Shown piece after piece: positions 9,254-19,243 of a stretch of DNA of 64,000 bases; the first letter of the stretch is position 1; every line of letters starts with the position of its first letter. The stretch comes from an uncultured Erysipelotrichaceae bacterium (GTDB lineage: Bacteria > Bacillota_I > Bacilli_A > RFN20 > CAG-826), in NCBI GenBank assembly GCA_902800355.1, contig CADCEE010000001.1, positions 24,625 to 88,624 of the forward strand. The letters run 5' to 3'. The notes under the pieces were generated by a model. That model was not told where the DNA came from and did no database searches. It saw nothing but the letters and a program-made list of their open reading frames with translations. Both the position numbers and the translations under genes were made by a program.

Positions 9254-9330
9254 TGGTAGCTGAGGACGGATTTGAACCGCCGACCTTGAAGGTATGAACT
9301 TCCTGCTCTAGCCAACTGAGCTACTCAGCC
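9254..9330 (-). tRNA. tRNA-Met (anticodon CAU; the loop TTCATAC looks elongator-like, but Ile2-lysidine cannot be excluded)
   Basis: The reverse complement ggctgagtagctcagttggctagagcaggaagttcatacc...ggttcaaatcc...cagctacca folds as a cloverleaf with an encoded CCA. Confidence 0.85.
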
Positions 9331-9334
9331 ATAT

Positions 9335-9410
9335 TGGTGGATCTAAAGAGACTCGAACTCTCGACCCCCTGAATGCAAATCAGGTGCTCTCCCAACTGAG
9401 CTATAGACCC
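9335..9410 (-). tRNA. tRNA-Ala (anticodon UGC)
   Basis: The reverse complement gggtctatagctcagttgggagagcacctgatttgcattcagg...gttcgagtctc...tagatccacca has the G3:U70 identity pair, a TGC anticodon and an encoded CCA. Confidence 0.92.
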
Positions 9411-9528
9411 ATGTGAGTTTTTCAACTCGCAACAAAGATTATACTTATTTTTAATTATTGTGACAACAATTATTCTAATTATTATTAGAGGGTATCTTTT
9501 TATAAACAAAATTGTATATAATAGATAT

Positions 9529-9606
9529 GCCGTTGCGATGGTTAACTATGAACCAGGTCAGGACAGGAATGTAGCAGCCTTAAGTAACTTAGTCATGTGC
9601 GACGGT
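9529..9606 (+). ncRNA. ffs: Small (4.5S-type) signal recognition particle RNA
   Basis: Domain IV core ccaggtcagg-aca-GGAA-tgt-agcagcc matches the universal SRP RNA motif (E. coli CCAGGUCAGGUCCGGAAGGAAGCAGCC). A terminal helix forms between gccgttgcg and tgcgacggt, followed by ttttt. TATAAT at 9517-9522 lies 6 nt upstream. Confidence 0.85.
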
Positions 9607-9615
9607 TTTTATAAG

Positions 9616-10086
9616 ATGAAAAATTTAAAAGAAAAATATATGTCCTTGGCGTTAAAAGAAGCCAAAAAAGCTGCCTTAATTGATGAGGTTCCTATTGGCT
9701 GCGTGATTGTTAAAGATAACAAAGTTATTTCTCGTGGATTTAATAAAAGAGAAACGAAAAATGACGTCACTAGTCATGCGGAAATTGAGGCTATTAGAAA
9801 AGCTAGTAAAAAACTTAATGATTGGCAGCTAATTGACTGCGATTTATATGTGACAATTGAACCTTGTATTATGTGTACTGGAGCCATCATTCAATCTCGA
9901 ATTAGAAATGTTTATTATGGAAGCGAAGATCCTAAAGGTGGGGGATTAGTCAGTTCACTAAAAGTTAGTGAAATAAAAAATCTAAATCACTACCCTAATA
10001 TTGAAGGAGGCATCCTTAAGGATGAATGCTCAAATATTGTTAAACAATACTTCGCAAAGAAGAGAAAAAATAAAACACTTGGTTAA
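9616..10086 (+). CDS. tadA: tRNA-specific adenosine deaminase
   Basis: HAEIEAI and PCIMCTGAI zinc motifs and the EVPIGCVIV N-terminal strand. Start is ATG 9616 or 9640. The longer track ORF (9460) runs across ffs and is rejected. Confidence 0.88.
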   Translation: MKNLKEKYMSLALKEAKKAALIDEVPIGCVIVKDNKVISRGFNKRETKNDVTSHAEIEAIRKASKKLNDWQLIDCDLYVTIEPCIMCTGAIIQSRIRNVYYGSEDPKGGGLVSSLKVSEIKNLNHYPNIEGGILKDECSNIVKQYFAKKRKNKTLG

Positions 10087-10107
10087 TTCCAAGTTTTTTA
10101 TTGTATA

Positions 10108-12633
10108 ATGTATGCTATGTTTTCAAAGAAAAAAGCAAACGTTGAAGTAGAAAGAGTATCTACGGATGTATCAGTTGGTTTAAACGAAGAACAAGTCGAA
10201 GCTAGAAAACTAGCGGGCTTAATTAATAAAACCAAAATGATTGCGGGTAAAACATATTGGGAAATTATTCGCACTGATGTTTTATCATTCTTTAACATCA
10301 TGCTTTTTGTAATTGCAGGATTTATCATCTTTGCTAACGCTATGGATTCATCTGGAAAAACCCATTGGTATTCAGGTTTATTCTTTGTAATAGTTTTATT
10401 AACTAATATCGTTGTTGGCTTATATCAAGATTTAAAAGCTAAACACTTGATGAGTAAGCTTAAAGTTATTACCACTAGTAGTTGTAAAGTGGTAAGAAAC
10501 GGTGAGACTATTGAAATTCAACCAAGCGAGATTGTTATTGATGATATCTTAGTAATTTCTGCCGGAGAACAAATTCCCTCTGACTGTGTGCTTTTAGAAG
10601 GTAATGTCTTTGTTAATGAATCAATGTTAACCGGAGAAAGTCTTAATGTTGGTAAGTCAGTAGGTGACACTTTATATAGTGGTAGCTATTTAACTAGTGG
10701 TAGCTGCTATGCGAGAGTAGAAAAAGTTGGTAAAGAAAACTATATCGAATCTTTAACTGAAAAGGCTAGAGCCTTTAAAAGAAATCCATCTCAAATTTTA
10801 AGATCTTTAAAAATCTTATTTAGATATCTTGGCATCATCATTATTATCCTTGCCGTTATTATCTTTGCCACCTATGGTGCTTTAGGCTTATTTAACTCTG
10901 TTGAAAGTTTTGCAGGAATGATTAGACCAATCGCTGGTCAATTCGTTGGTATGATTCCAGCTGGATTATATTTATTAACATCTTTAGCTTTAGCTAGTGG
11001 TGTTCTTTCTTTATTTAGAAAAAGAGCAAATGTTCAAGATTTCTATTCTATAGAGATGCTTGCTAGAAGTGATGTCATATGCGTTGATAAAACTGGCACG
11101 ATTACTGATGGGAATTTAAATGTTTCTAAAGTGGTGAATTTATCAGTATTAAGTGATGAAGAAATCGCTCAAATTATTAACTCCATTGAAGTCGCTACTG
11201 GAGATACTAACGCTACCGCTAAAGCCTTATTACAACGCTTTGGTAAAGCTAAAACATTTGAATGTGAAAAGGTTTTAGCTTTCATGAGTGATAATAAATA
11301 TTCTGGTGTATCCACAAAATTAGGTACCACCTATCTATTAGGTGCCATTGAATTTTTAAATGTTAAAAATAAAGACGCTTTGATTAAACAAAGTGAAGAA
11401 TATACCTCTAAAGGTTTCCGTTTATTAATTCTTTCCAAAGGAAAATCGCCAATTAATGGGGATAAATATACTGATGAAGTAGAAGCCTTAGCCTTTATTG
11501 TGTTACAAGACCATGTTAAAGAAGACGCTTTAGCGACATTTAAATGGTTCCAAGATAATAATGTCCAAGTTAAGGTGATTTCTGGAGATAATGCTTTAAC
11601 TGTTAGCGAAATCGCTAGAGTGGCTGGTATTAATGGAGCGGAGAAATATGTTTCTTTAGAAGGCATGTCTATCGACGAGGTGAAAATGATCGCTAACGAC
11701 TATGTCGTATTTGGAAGAGTCACCCCAGAACAAAAAGAAGCTTTAGTGGTTGCTTTAAAAGAAGCAAAACACACTGTAGCGATGGTGGGTGACGGAGTTA
11801 ATGATATGCTCGCTCTTAAAAGAGCGGATTGCTCTATTGCGATGAATTCTGGTTCTTTAGGAGCAAGAAACGTCTCTCACGTTGTTTTATTAGATGATAA
11901 TTTCTCTACTATGCCTTCTGTAGTAGGAGAAGGAAGAAGAGTTATTAATAACTTACAAAGAACTGGATCTTTATTTGTTACTAAGACTTTATTTGTGGGT
12001 GCTCTTAGCATCTTCTTCTTAATTGCTTCTTTAATTAATAAAGAAATCATTTATCCATTCTCCACAAATAATATGATTCTTTGGGAAGTCTTTGGTATTG
12101 GATTAGTTTCCTTCTTTATTGCGTTAGAGCCAGATAGTAAACCAATTAGACCAGGTTTTTTAAGAAACATCATGAGAAACTCGATACCTTATGCTGCGTT
12201 GCTTTTAGTAGCGGTATTAGCAAGCTATATGCTTTTAGTGTTAAATGAACATGGGCTTTATACTGGAGTTAGAGAATATGGTGTATCTATATTAGATACA
12301 GCAGCAGGAAGATACGGTGCTACCACAATCGCCATACTTTCAGTATCTATCTTATCGATGTTTGTTTTATATCTTACTTGTCAGCCATTAAACCTCTATA
12401 GAGGAATTGTGGTAGGCAGTTTTGCCGCTGTACAAATTGGTATTATCCTTGCCTTTAACTTTGCAGGTGGAGAAACCAATGTTTTAAATATTAATTTTGC
12501 TCGATTGACCGGAGAGAACTGGGCGGCAATTATTGTGATAGTTGCAGTATTAGGTTTCTTAGGGGTTACTATAAATAGTATTCATACATCATTACAGGCT
12601 ATTAAAAAGAAGGAAAATAAAAATGAAGATTAA
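10108..12633 (+). CDS. Cation-transporting P-type ATPase (P2/Ca-Mg-like; ion not determinable)
   Basis: 841 aa. TGES actuator motif, DKTGTIT phosphorylation site, the MVGDGVNDMLAL hinge, and about 10 TM helices. Confidence 0.88.
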   Translation: MYAMFSKKKANVEVERVSTDVSVGLNEEQVEARKLAGLINKTKMIAGKTYWEIIRTDVLSFFNIMLFVIAGFIIFANAMDSSGKTHWYSGLFFVIVLLTNIVVGLYQDLKAKHLMSKLKVITTSSCKVVRNGETIEIQPSEIVIDDILVISAGEQIPSDCVLLEGNVFVNESMLTGESLNVGKSVGDTLYSGSYLTSGSCYARVEKVGKENYIESLTEKARAFKRNPSQILRSLKILFRYLGIIIIILAVIIFATYGALGLFNSVESFAGMIRPIAGQFVGMIPAGLYLLTSLALASGVLSLFRKRANVQDFYSIEMLARSDVICVDKTGTITDGNLNVSKVVNLSVLSDEEIAQIINSIEVATGDTNATAKALLQRFGKAKTFECEKVLAFMSDNKYSGVSTKLGTTYLLGAIEFLNVKNKDALIKQSEEYTSKGFRLLILSKGKSPINGDKYTDEVEALAFIVLQDHVKEDALATFKWFQDNNVQVKVISGDNALTVSEIARVAGINGAEKYVSLEGMSIDEVKMIANDYVVFGRVTPEQKEALVVALKEAKHTVAMVGDGVNDMLALKRADCSIAMNSGSLGARNVSHVVLLDDNFSTMPSVVGEGRRVINNLQRTGSLFVTKTLFVGALSIFFLIASLINKEIIYPFSTNNMILWEVFGIGLVSFFIALEPDSKPIRPGFLRNIMRNSIPYAALLLVAVLASYMLLVLNEHGLYTGVREYGVSILDTAAGRYGATTIAILSVSILSMFVLYLTCQPLNLYRGIVVGSFAAVQIGIILAFNFAGGETNVLNINFARLTGENWAAIIVIVAVLGFLGVTINSIHTSLQAIKKKENKNED

Positions 12634-13525
12634 TCCAGAAGTATTAAGGGCTTTAAAAGAAAATAGGCCAGTAGTTGCTCTCGAGAGCACCATTATTTCA
12701 CATGGCATGCCTTATCCTAAGAATGTCGAAACAGCTTTAAAAGTTGAAGAGACTATTCGAAGTCATGGAGCGGTACCTGCCACTATTGGAATTATTGATG
12801 GAGAACCAATTGTTGGTATGACTCCAGAAGAAATTGAAGAATTTGGTAAAAGAAAAGGTGTTTTAAAAGTTTCTAGAAGAGACTTACCTGTTGTATATGC
12901 TAAAAAGTTATGGGGTGCTACTACTGTAGCAACCACTATGATTATTGCTGCTCAAGCTGGTATTGAAGTATTTGTCACTGGTGGTATTGGTGGTGTCCAT
13001 AGAGGGGCGACAGAAACCATGGATATTTCTGCTGACTTACAAGAACTCGCTAAGACTAATGTCACAGTCGTATGTGCGGGTGCAAAAGCAATTTTAGATT
13101 TACCTCTTACTCTAGAATATCTAGAGACTATGGGCGTTCCGGTTTTAGGATATAAAACCGAGGAACTTCCTGCTTTTTATAATTCCCATTCCGGATTAAA
13201 AGTTGATTATAAAGTAGAATCTGCTTATGAGATGGCCAAAATCATCAAATCAAAACGTGAAAATGGCTTAGTGGGTGGTATTTTACTTACTAATCCAATT
13301 CCAGAACAATATGAAATGCCTAAAGACGTTATCGATAAGGCGATTGATACAGCTTTAAAAGAAATGGATAAACAAGGCATTAAAGGAAAAGAATGTACCC
13401 CATTCTTACTTAAGACTATTACTGACTTAACTGGTGGGGACTCTTTAGAGAGCAACATAAAATTAGTGTTAAATAACGCGGCGGTCGGTAGTGAAGTCGC
13501 CAAAGAATACTGTAAGATTAAATAG
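12623..13525 (+). CDS. psuG: Pseudouridine-5'-phosphate glycosidase
   Basis: 300 aa. VVALESTIISHGMPYP, the GGIGGVHRG region and overall IndA-family colinearity. Confidence 0.88.
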   Translation: MKINPEVLRALKENRPVVALESTIISHGMPYPKNVETALKVEETIRSHGAVPATIGIIDGEPIVGMTPEEIEEFGKRKGVLKVSRRDLPVVYAKKLWGATTVATTMIIAAQAGIEVFVTGGIGGVHRGATETMDISADLQELAKTNVTVVCAGAKAILDLPLTLEYLETMGVPVLGYKTEELPAFYNSHSGLKVDYKVESAYEMAKIIKSKRENGLVGGILLTNPIPEQYEMPKDVIDKAIDTALKEMDKQGIKGKECTPFLLKTITDLTGGDSLESNIKLVLNNAAVGSEVAKEYCKIK

Positions 13526-13528
13526 GAT

Positions 13529-14080
13529 ATGAAAACTGGACATGCTTTAGCAATTACTTTAAAAGACATGATGGCTCATCAACCACTTGAAACCATCTCC
13601 GTTTTAGAATTGTCTAAAAAGTGTGGTATCAGTAGAAAAACATTCTATTATCATTATCACGATACCTATGATTTACTCACTCAGGTATTTTTAGAAGAAA
13701 GAATTCCAGGAGTGAATAACGCGACTACCTTCCAAGAACTGATTGTCTTTGTTTTTGAATACTATAAAGATAACCAAGCCTTTGTTGATGCGACCCTTCA
13801 AAGTGCAGGCAGTGATTTATTCTCAGAGTTTGTTTATAACGTGTTTTATACAACTGCTTTAAAGTTCATCAAAAAGATCGATGAAGAGAATATTCTCCAT
13901 CCTAACACCAAGAAATCAATTGCGAGATTTTATGCCTATGGATATGGTAATTCCACTGTCTATTATTTGACTAACTATAAAAACAAAACACTCATTGGTT
14001 TGATGAACTCTTTTAACTTCATTGATAAGGAAAATTTCAAGAAAAATGTGCAAAAAGCCATTAATTTGGAGAAAAAATAA
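13529..14080 (+). CDS. TetR/AcrR-family transcriptional regulator (DhaS-like)
   Basis: N-terminal HTH ISVLELSKKCGISRKTFYYHYHDTYDLL. 183 aa. Confidence 0.75.
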   Translation: MKTGHALAITLKDMMAHQPLETISVLELSKKCGISRKTFYYHYHDTYDLLTQVFLEERIPGVNNATTFQELIVFVFEYYKDNQAFVDATLQSAGSDLFSEFVYNVFYTTALKFIKKIDEENILHPNTKKSIARFYAYGYGNSTVYYLTNYKNKTLIGLMNSFNFIDKENFKKNVQKAINLEKK

Positions 14081-15252
14081 TGAAAAACTTTAATTTTGTA
14101 TCTCCTACTAAAATATATTTTGGACCAGGCAAAGAGAACGATGTTGGCGCGATTTTAAAAGAATATGGCGCTTGCAAAGTTTTAATCGTCATTGGCAAAA
14201 ATTCAGTCATTAGAAGTGGTTTATTAGAAAGAGTAGTTGTCTCTTTAAGTAAGGCTGTTATTCCTTTTGAATTACTTAGAGGAGTAAGAGCAAATCCAAC
14301 ATTTGATTTAGTTGAAGAAGGATTAAAAATAATTAGAGAAAACAAGATTGATTTCATTCTCGCTATTGGTGGCGGTAGTGTTATTGACACCGCGAAATGT
14401 ATCGCTGTCAATTACTATCATAATGGAGGAGTCAAAGAAATTAATCTTCATCGAGCTGAGCCAACTAAGGCATTACCAGTTGGAGTTATCTTAACTATCT
14501 CTGCAGCGGGAAGTGAGATGTCTAATTCTTGTGTTGTTCAAGATGATGAAACCGGAATTAAGGTTGGATTTAATTCAGATCTTATTAGACCTGTCTTTGC
14601 TATTGAAAATCCAGAGTTAACATTCTCCTTACCTAAAGAACAAATTGCTTATGGTGTGGTCGATATCTTAATGCACACATTAGAAAGATATTTCTCACCA
14701 AGCGAAAAATATGAACTTGCTGATGAATTCGCTCTTGGACTTATTAAAAATGTTTTAGAAGTTGGTTTATTAACATATCAAAATCCAGATAATTATGATT
14801 ATCAAGCATCTTTGATGCTTGCATCATCTTTGTCGCATAATGGATTAACCAACATTGGTAAAAAAATGTGCTTCCCAGTACATCAATTAGAACATCCACT
14901 TAGTGGAACTTTCCCAAATATTGCGCATGGCTTAGGGTTAGCAGTTTTATTTCCTGCTTGGTGTCGATATTACTATAAATATGATATTGAGAAATTCACT
15001 ACTCTTGGAGAAAGAGTGTTTGATATTTATTCAGGAGATAAAGAAGCTGATGCTTTAGCAACTATTGACGCTTTTGAAGAATATTTTGGTCGTATGAATC
15101 TTCCTCATAAACTATCAGATTTAGGTGTGAAAAAAGAAGACATCGATGTATTAGTTAACAAAGTTACTAATAATAACACTCGTACAGTATTTCATCACAC
15201 AAAACCAATAAATGATGAAGTAGCGAGAAAAATATATTATTCTTGTTTATAA
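14080..15252 (+). CDS. Iron-containing (group III) alcohol dehydrogenase
   Basis: The GGGSVIDTAK motif and metal-ligand histidines (HxxxH, LEHPLSG...HG). 390 aa. Confidence 0.85.
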   Translation: MKNFNFVSPTKIYFGPGKENDVGAILKEYGACKVLIVIGKNSVIRSGLLERVVVSLSKAVIPFELLRGVRANPTFDLVEEGLKIIRENKIDFILAIGGGSVIDTAKCIAVNYYHNGGVKEINLHRAEPTKALPVGVILTISAAGSEMSNSCVVQDDETGIKVGFNSDLIRPVFAIENPELTFSLPKEQIAYGVVDILMHTLERYFSPSEKYELADEFALGLIKNVLEVGLLTYQNPDNYDYQASLMLASSLSHNGLTNIGKKMCFPVHQLEHPLSGTFPNIAHGLGLAVLFPAWCRYYYKYDIEKFTTLGERVFDIYSGDKEADALATIDAFEEYFGRMNLPHKLSDLGVKKEDIDVLVNKVTNNNTRTVFHHTKPINDEVARKIYYSCL

Positions 15253-15258
15253 CAACTT

Positions 15259-16416
15259 ATGAAAAAAGAGAACGTTTTTGGACTTATTATGTATCTAATC
15301 ATCTTCGCATTCGCGGTGGTGTATGGTTTTACTGTTCTCCAAACTCATTTTAAGTCTTCGGCGATGACTGCAGTCTGGCAATACGCTATATATATCATCG
15401 GATGTATTGTTGCTGGAGTTTTAATTAGTGCAATTTTATTTGAGTTAGGCCACGCTCTTGGGGCGAAAGCTGGTGGATATAAAATTGTTAGATTTACAAT
15501 TTTGTATTTCTCTATTTATTCTGATAAAGGCAAACGCAAGTTTGGTTTTAGAAAATTTGATGGATTAACTGGAGAAACCTTAATTGTTCCAAATTATGAA
15601 AAGAAAGAGAAACCAAATCCAATTCCATATTTAATATATGGACCAATATTTAATCTAGCGTGGTTTGCGGGAGCATTATTCTGCTTCTTCTACTACAAAA
15701 ACGGTTCTAACTTTGATGGCGATATGGCGTATGCTTTCTTAACTGTTGGCTTGATCTCATTAATTTTATTAATTTATGATATTGTTCCTATTAAAAGCGA
15801 TGTTACTACGAACGGATATTGGTTATTCTCTTTATTAAAGAGTAAAGATTATCAAACCTATAATGATTTATTACTTGCTAGAAATGACTCTAACGGAAAT
15901 GTCGTAGTCGAAACTAGCGCTAAAAAAGGTGATAAACCAGTTAAACAAATTAATCTTAATCGAGTCGAAGGAAAATTATTATCGGCAGCGACATTAATTG
16001 ATGAAAAGAAATATGAAGAAGCTTCTAATTTATTAGAAGAAGTATTAGCTAAACCAGATGAATTAACTAATAAAGGTTATTTAGAGGCTAACGAACAAAA
16101 ACTATATATTAAGATTATGACTTTATCTCATGAAGAAATGAGTGAATACTATGATAATGAAGTCGCCTTATCTTTAAAAAGAGATATCTCTAGTGATCGT
16201 ACCTTAATTGGTATTAGAACATATATCTTAATGGCGGGTTTATTTGATAAATCAAGAAGTGAATGTGCATTGGCTCTTTCAAAGGTCGCTAAAGCGTATA
16301 AAAACACTATTCCTAGCCGTAAACATCCTGAACTAGTGTTATTTAATGATGCATTAGAAAAGGTGTGCCAAGCACACCCTAAATGGGAATTAGATATTTA
16401 TAAACTCTACGAATAA
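15259..16416 (+). CDS. Membrane protein with a degenerate zincin-like motif (FELGH in place of HExxH) and a helical-repeat C-terminal domain
   Basis: About 4 N-terminal TM helices. LFELGHALGAKAGGYK resembles the M50/DUF3267 active-site helix but lacks the first His. The C-terminal half is alpha-helical and TPR-like. Confidence 0.45.
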   Translation: MKKENVFGLIMYLIIFAFAVVYGFTVLQTHFKSSAMTAVWQYAIYIIGCIVAGVLISAILFELGHALGAKAGGYKIVRFTILYFSIYSDKGKRKFGFRKFDGLTGETLIVPNYEKKEKPNPIPYLIYGPIFNLAWFAGALFCFFYYKNGSNFDGDMAYAFLTVGLISLILLIYDIVPIKSDVTTNGYWLFSLLKSKDYQTYNDLLLARNDSNGNVVVETSAKKGDKPVKQINLNRVEGKLLSAATLIDEKKYEEASNLLEEVLAKPDELTNKGYLEANEQKLYIKIMTLSHEEMSEYYDNEVALSLKRDISSDRTLIGIRTYILMAGLFDKSRSECALALSKVAKAYKNTIPSRKHPELVLFNDALEKVCQAHPKWELDIYKLYE

Positions 16417-17847
16417 TTATAATCCGAAGAAGCTTGGATTAATTAATTGTGTCCAAATTAAGAAATAAGTAATTAAGGATACGATATCAACTATAGTTGT
16501 TGTAAAAGGCCCACAGACCACTGCTGGGTCTAATTTTATTAATTTGGCTAAGAATGGTAATGAACAACCAACCATTCTAGAAATGATCATTGTGACAAAT
16601 AATGTACCGCCAACTAAGGCTGCGATAAGTAATTTACCCTGGACTACATTAGTAGTGACATCAGAAATGGATTTAGTATCAACAATACCAACACTCATTT
16701 CAAACATTAACCAACCAAAAGCAAAGACAGATACTATTCCACCTATAACGGCAGCGACTCTAAATTCTTTCCAAGCGACTTTCCAAAAGTCATTTTTATC
16801 AAATTCGTCTAGAGATAATGATCTAACGATCATTGTAGTAGTTTGACCACCAGAGTTTCCACCTGCGTCCATAATAAGTGGAGTAAATACCGCAAGGATA
16901 GCAAATTTACCAATTTCAGCTTCGAATCCAGAAAGAATTAAAGTGGAGAACACTTGTAAGATCATTAATGTGATAATCCATGGAACACATTTCAATACTA
17001 GTTTATGAACTGGTGTCTTTAAATATGGATCAGACATATCAGAGATAGCCGCCATGTGAGCGATATCTTCACTGGTCTCTTCTTCGATAATATCAACAAC
17101 GTCATCGATGGTGATAATACCGACAATCTTGTTTTCATCATTAGTGACCGCCATTGCTGTTAAGTCATAACGTTTAAACATTTTAGCGACATCTTCTTGG
17201 TCGTCGTTGACATTGCAAGAGACAAAGTCCTTATTCATAATATCGGATAAGATTTCGTCTTCTTTTGCAAATATTAAATCATCTAAATCAACAGTACCTG
17301 TTAGAGTTCTTTTAGAATCTCTAACAAAGATTGTATAAACAGTTTCAGCATCTCTACCTTTTTCTCTAATTAACTTAATTGCATCTTTAACTGAAGTGTC
17401 TTCCTTCATTTCGATATATTCTGTCGTCATGACACTTCCAGCAGTATCTTCTTTGTAATTTAAAAGTTTGTTAACGTCATTACGCATTTCTTTAGGACAT
17501 ACTTTTAAAACCCTGTTAACAATGTTTGCTGGTAATTGTTGAATAGCATCAGTAATATCGTCAGCGTATGATTCGTTAATAAGATCAACGAGTTCTTTAT
17601 CTGAGAATGCATTAATAATTAATTCTTGTTGGTCCGAAGATAATTCTGCGAAAAATTCAGCAGCGTATTCGTTATTTACAACTTTGAAGATATATAAAAG
17701 TATTTTGACATCATCAACATCCTCCATTGCTTCAGCAATATCGATGTTTGGAATAGTATCAAAAATCTCGATGACTGTTTTTCGATCTCTTTTTTTGATA
17801 GCAGTCAAAAGCTGTTCTTTTAATTCTTCAATTTCAATTTCTTCCAT
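16417..17847 (-). CDS. mgtE: Magnesium transporter MgtE
   Basis: MgtE N-domain, a CBS pair (TAGSVMTTEYI..., IVGIITIDDVVD) and a C-terminal 5-TM domain with the AGGNSGGQ signature. Start moved to the MEEIEIEEL methionine at 17847. Confidence 0.9.
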   Translation of the reverse strand: MEEIEIEELKEQLLTAIKKRDRKTVIEIFDTIPNIDIAEAMEDVDDVKILLYIFKVVNNEYAAEFFAELSSDQQELIINAFSDKELVDLINESYADDITDAIQQLPANIVNRVLKVCPKEMRNDVNKLLNYKEDTAGSVMTTEYIEMKEDTSVKDAIKLIREKGRDAETVYTIFVRDSKRTLTGTVDLDDLIFAKEDEILSDIMNKDFVSCNVNDDQEDVAKMFKRYDLTAMAVTNDENKIVGIITIDDVVDIIEEETSEDIAHMAAISDMSDPYLKTPVHKLVLKCVPWIITLMILQVFSTLILSGFEAEIGKFAILAVFTPLIMDAGGNSGGQTTTMIVRSLSLDEFDKNDFWKVAWKEFRVAAVIGGIVSVFAFGWLMFEMSVGIVDTKSISDVTTNVVQGKLLIAALVGGTLFVTMIISRMVGCSLPFLAKLIKLDPAVVCGPFTTTIVDIVSLITYFLIWTQLINPSFFGL

Positions 17848-17920
17848 ACTTACACAAATTATAAGCATTAAAAAAGTTGATAACAAACTTTTTTTGTTAA
17901 GCTATCAACTTTCTTATTTA

Positions 17921-19243
17921 TTATTTACCGGATACAACGAGTTTTTTAACTATAACTGAAGGACAGTTTGTTCCGCTCATGAATTCTCTACTGTCGTTAG
18001 CGACTGATGCAATTGAGTTGAATAAACTAACTAAATTACCAGATACGGTAATGATATCGAGTGGATGATCAACTTTTCCATCTTTAACTAAGAATCCGGT
18101 TGATTGTAAAGAAAAATTGCCAGTTCTAGAATTTAATCCTGCATGTAAACCAGATATATCAGTGATATAAACCCCATTTCCAATTTCTTTGAAAAGGTCA
18201 TCCTGAGATTTTCTTCCAGGCATCATCTTTAAATATGTTGGAGATGTGTAAACTTTGCTACCCGCAGTAACTCCGTTACCAGTAGATTCTACTCCGTCCT
18301 TAGCGGCGGTAGTTAAATTATAGAGATAAGTTTGTAGAATACCATTTTTGATAATTGCTCTATTTGAGGTAGCAACGCCTTCATCATCAAATGATTTTGC
18401 AAAAACAGTTTTATTAATTGGTAAATCTTCAATTGTGACATGCTTAGAAGCAACTTTTTGACCAAGTTTACCAATAAATAATGAAGAATTCTTTTGTACG
18501 TCTTCTGCAATAGCACTAGAAACATACGCAGACATTAATGAACTAACAACTGAAGGTGCTAAAACAGCATTGTAGGTTGCTGATTCACATGGGAATCCAC
18601 CTAATTGTGATACGGTTTCTTTGGCTATTGCCTTTACTAAATCACTTGGGACAAATTTATCAAAATCATTTCCAAAATATAACTCAAATCCGGTTTTGGT
18701 TTGTTCTTTTTCTTTTGCTACAGCAGATCCGTAATACGCAAAGAAATTTGATTTTTGAGAAAGCTTTAATCCATGAGTGTTTATAATAGTTGATGAACTG
18801 CTTGTTTCATCATAAGCAACTGTTGCAACTTCAATAATTCTAGGATCAGCTTTTTTCAATTCGTCCTCAATTTGTTTCGCGATCTGAATCTTTTTTTCTA
18901 CTGGAATATTGCCTAATTGACGATTAAAAGTATTAATTTTTCTGTATTTTTCGCTTCCTTTAAAGATAAAAACAGGATCATCATTTTCTACAACAGATGC
19001 ATTAGCAATAATTTGCTCAACAAAATATTCAGCCATCTTATTGTTATAGACATCGCTTGAGATTGAACCCATTTTTCCTTTATATATTCCACGTGCGTAA
19101 AAACTAAATGATTTGTTGTTTGAATAAGAATCAATCTCTCCATGGAATAGAGAGAATGATAAAGATGTTGTTGAGGAAAAACTAAATTCAGCTTCTTCTA
19201 TTCCAGCAGCTTTAGCTAGTTCAAAAAATCTATCGAATTTCAT
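17921..19243 (-). CDS. pmbA: TldE/PmbA-family metalloprotease partner
   Basis: 440 aa. PmbA_TldD fold signature (GNFSLQSTGFLVKDGK) and pairing with the adjacent tldD. Confidence 0.8.
   Translation of the reverse strand: MKFDRFFELAKAAGIEEAEFSFSSTTSLSFSLFHGEIDSYSNNKSFSFYARGIYKGKMGSISSDVYNNKMAEYFVEQIIANASVVENDDPVFIFKGSEKYRKINTFNRQLGNIPVEKKIQIAKQIEDELKKADPRIIEVATVAYDETSSSSTIINTHGLKLSQKSNFFAYYGSAVAKEKEQTKTGFELYFGNDFDKFVPSDLVKAIAKETVSQLGGFPCESATYNAVLAPSVVSSLMSAYVSSAIAEDVQKNSSLFIGKLGQKVASKHVTIEDLPINKTVFAKSFDDEGVATSNRAIIKNGILQTYLYNLTTAAKDGVESTGNGVTAGSKVYTSPTYLKMMPGRKSQDDLFKEIGNGVYITDISGLHAGLNSRTGNFSLQSTGFLVKDGKVDHPLDIITVSGNLVSLFNSIASVANDSREFMSGTNCPSVIVKKLVVSGK

Noticed and set aside
9460-9615. N-terminal extension of the tadA ORF in the track (start 9460)
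   Set aside because: - The extension reads through the SRP RNA gene and its promoter.
- The deaminase domain begins after ATG 9616 or 9640.
17848-17920. M-box (ykoK) riboswitch upstream of mgtE
   Set aside because: - Only about 70 nt separate mgtE from pmbA.
- No M-box core sequence is present.
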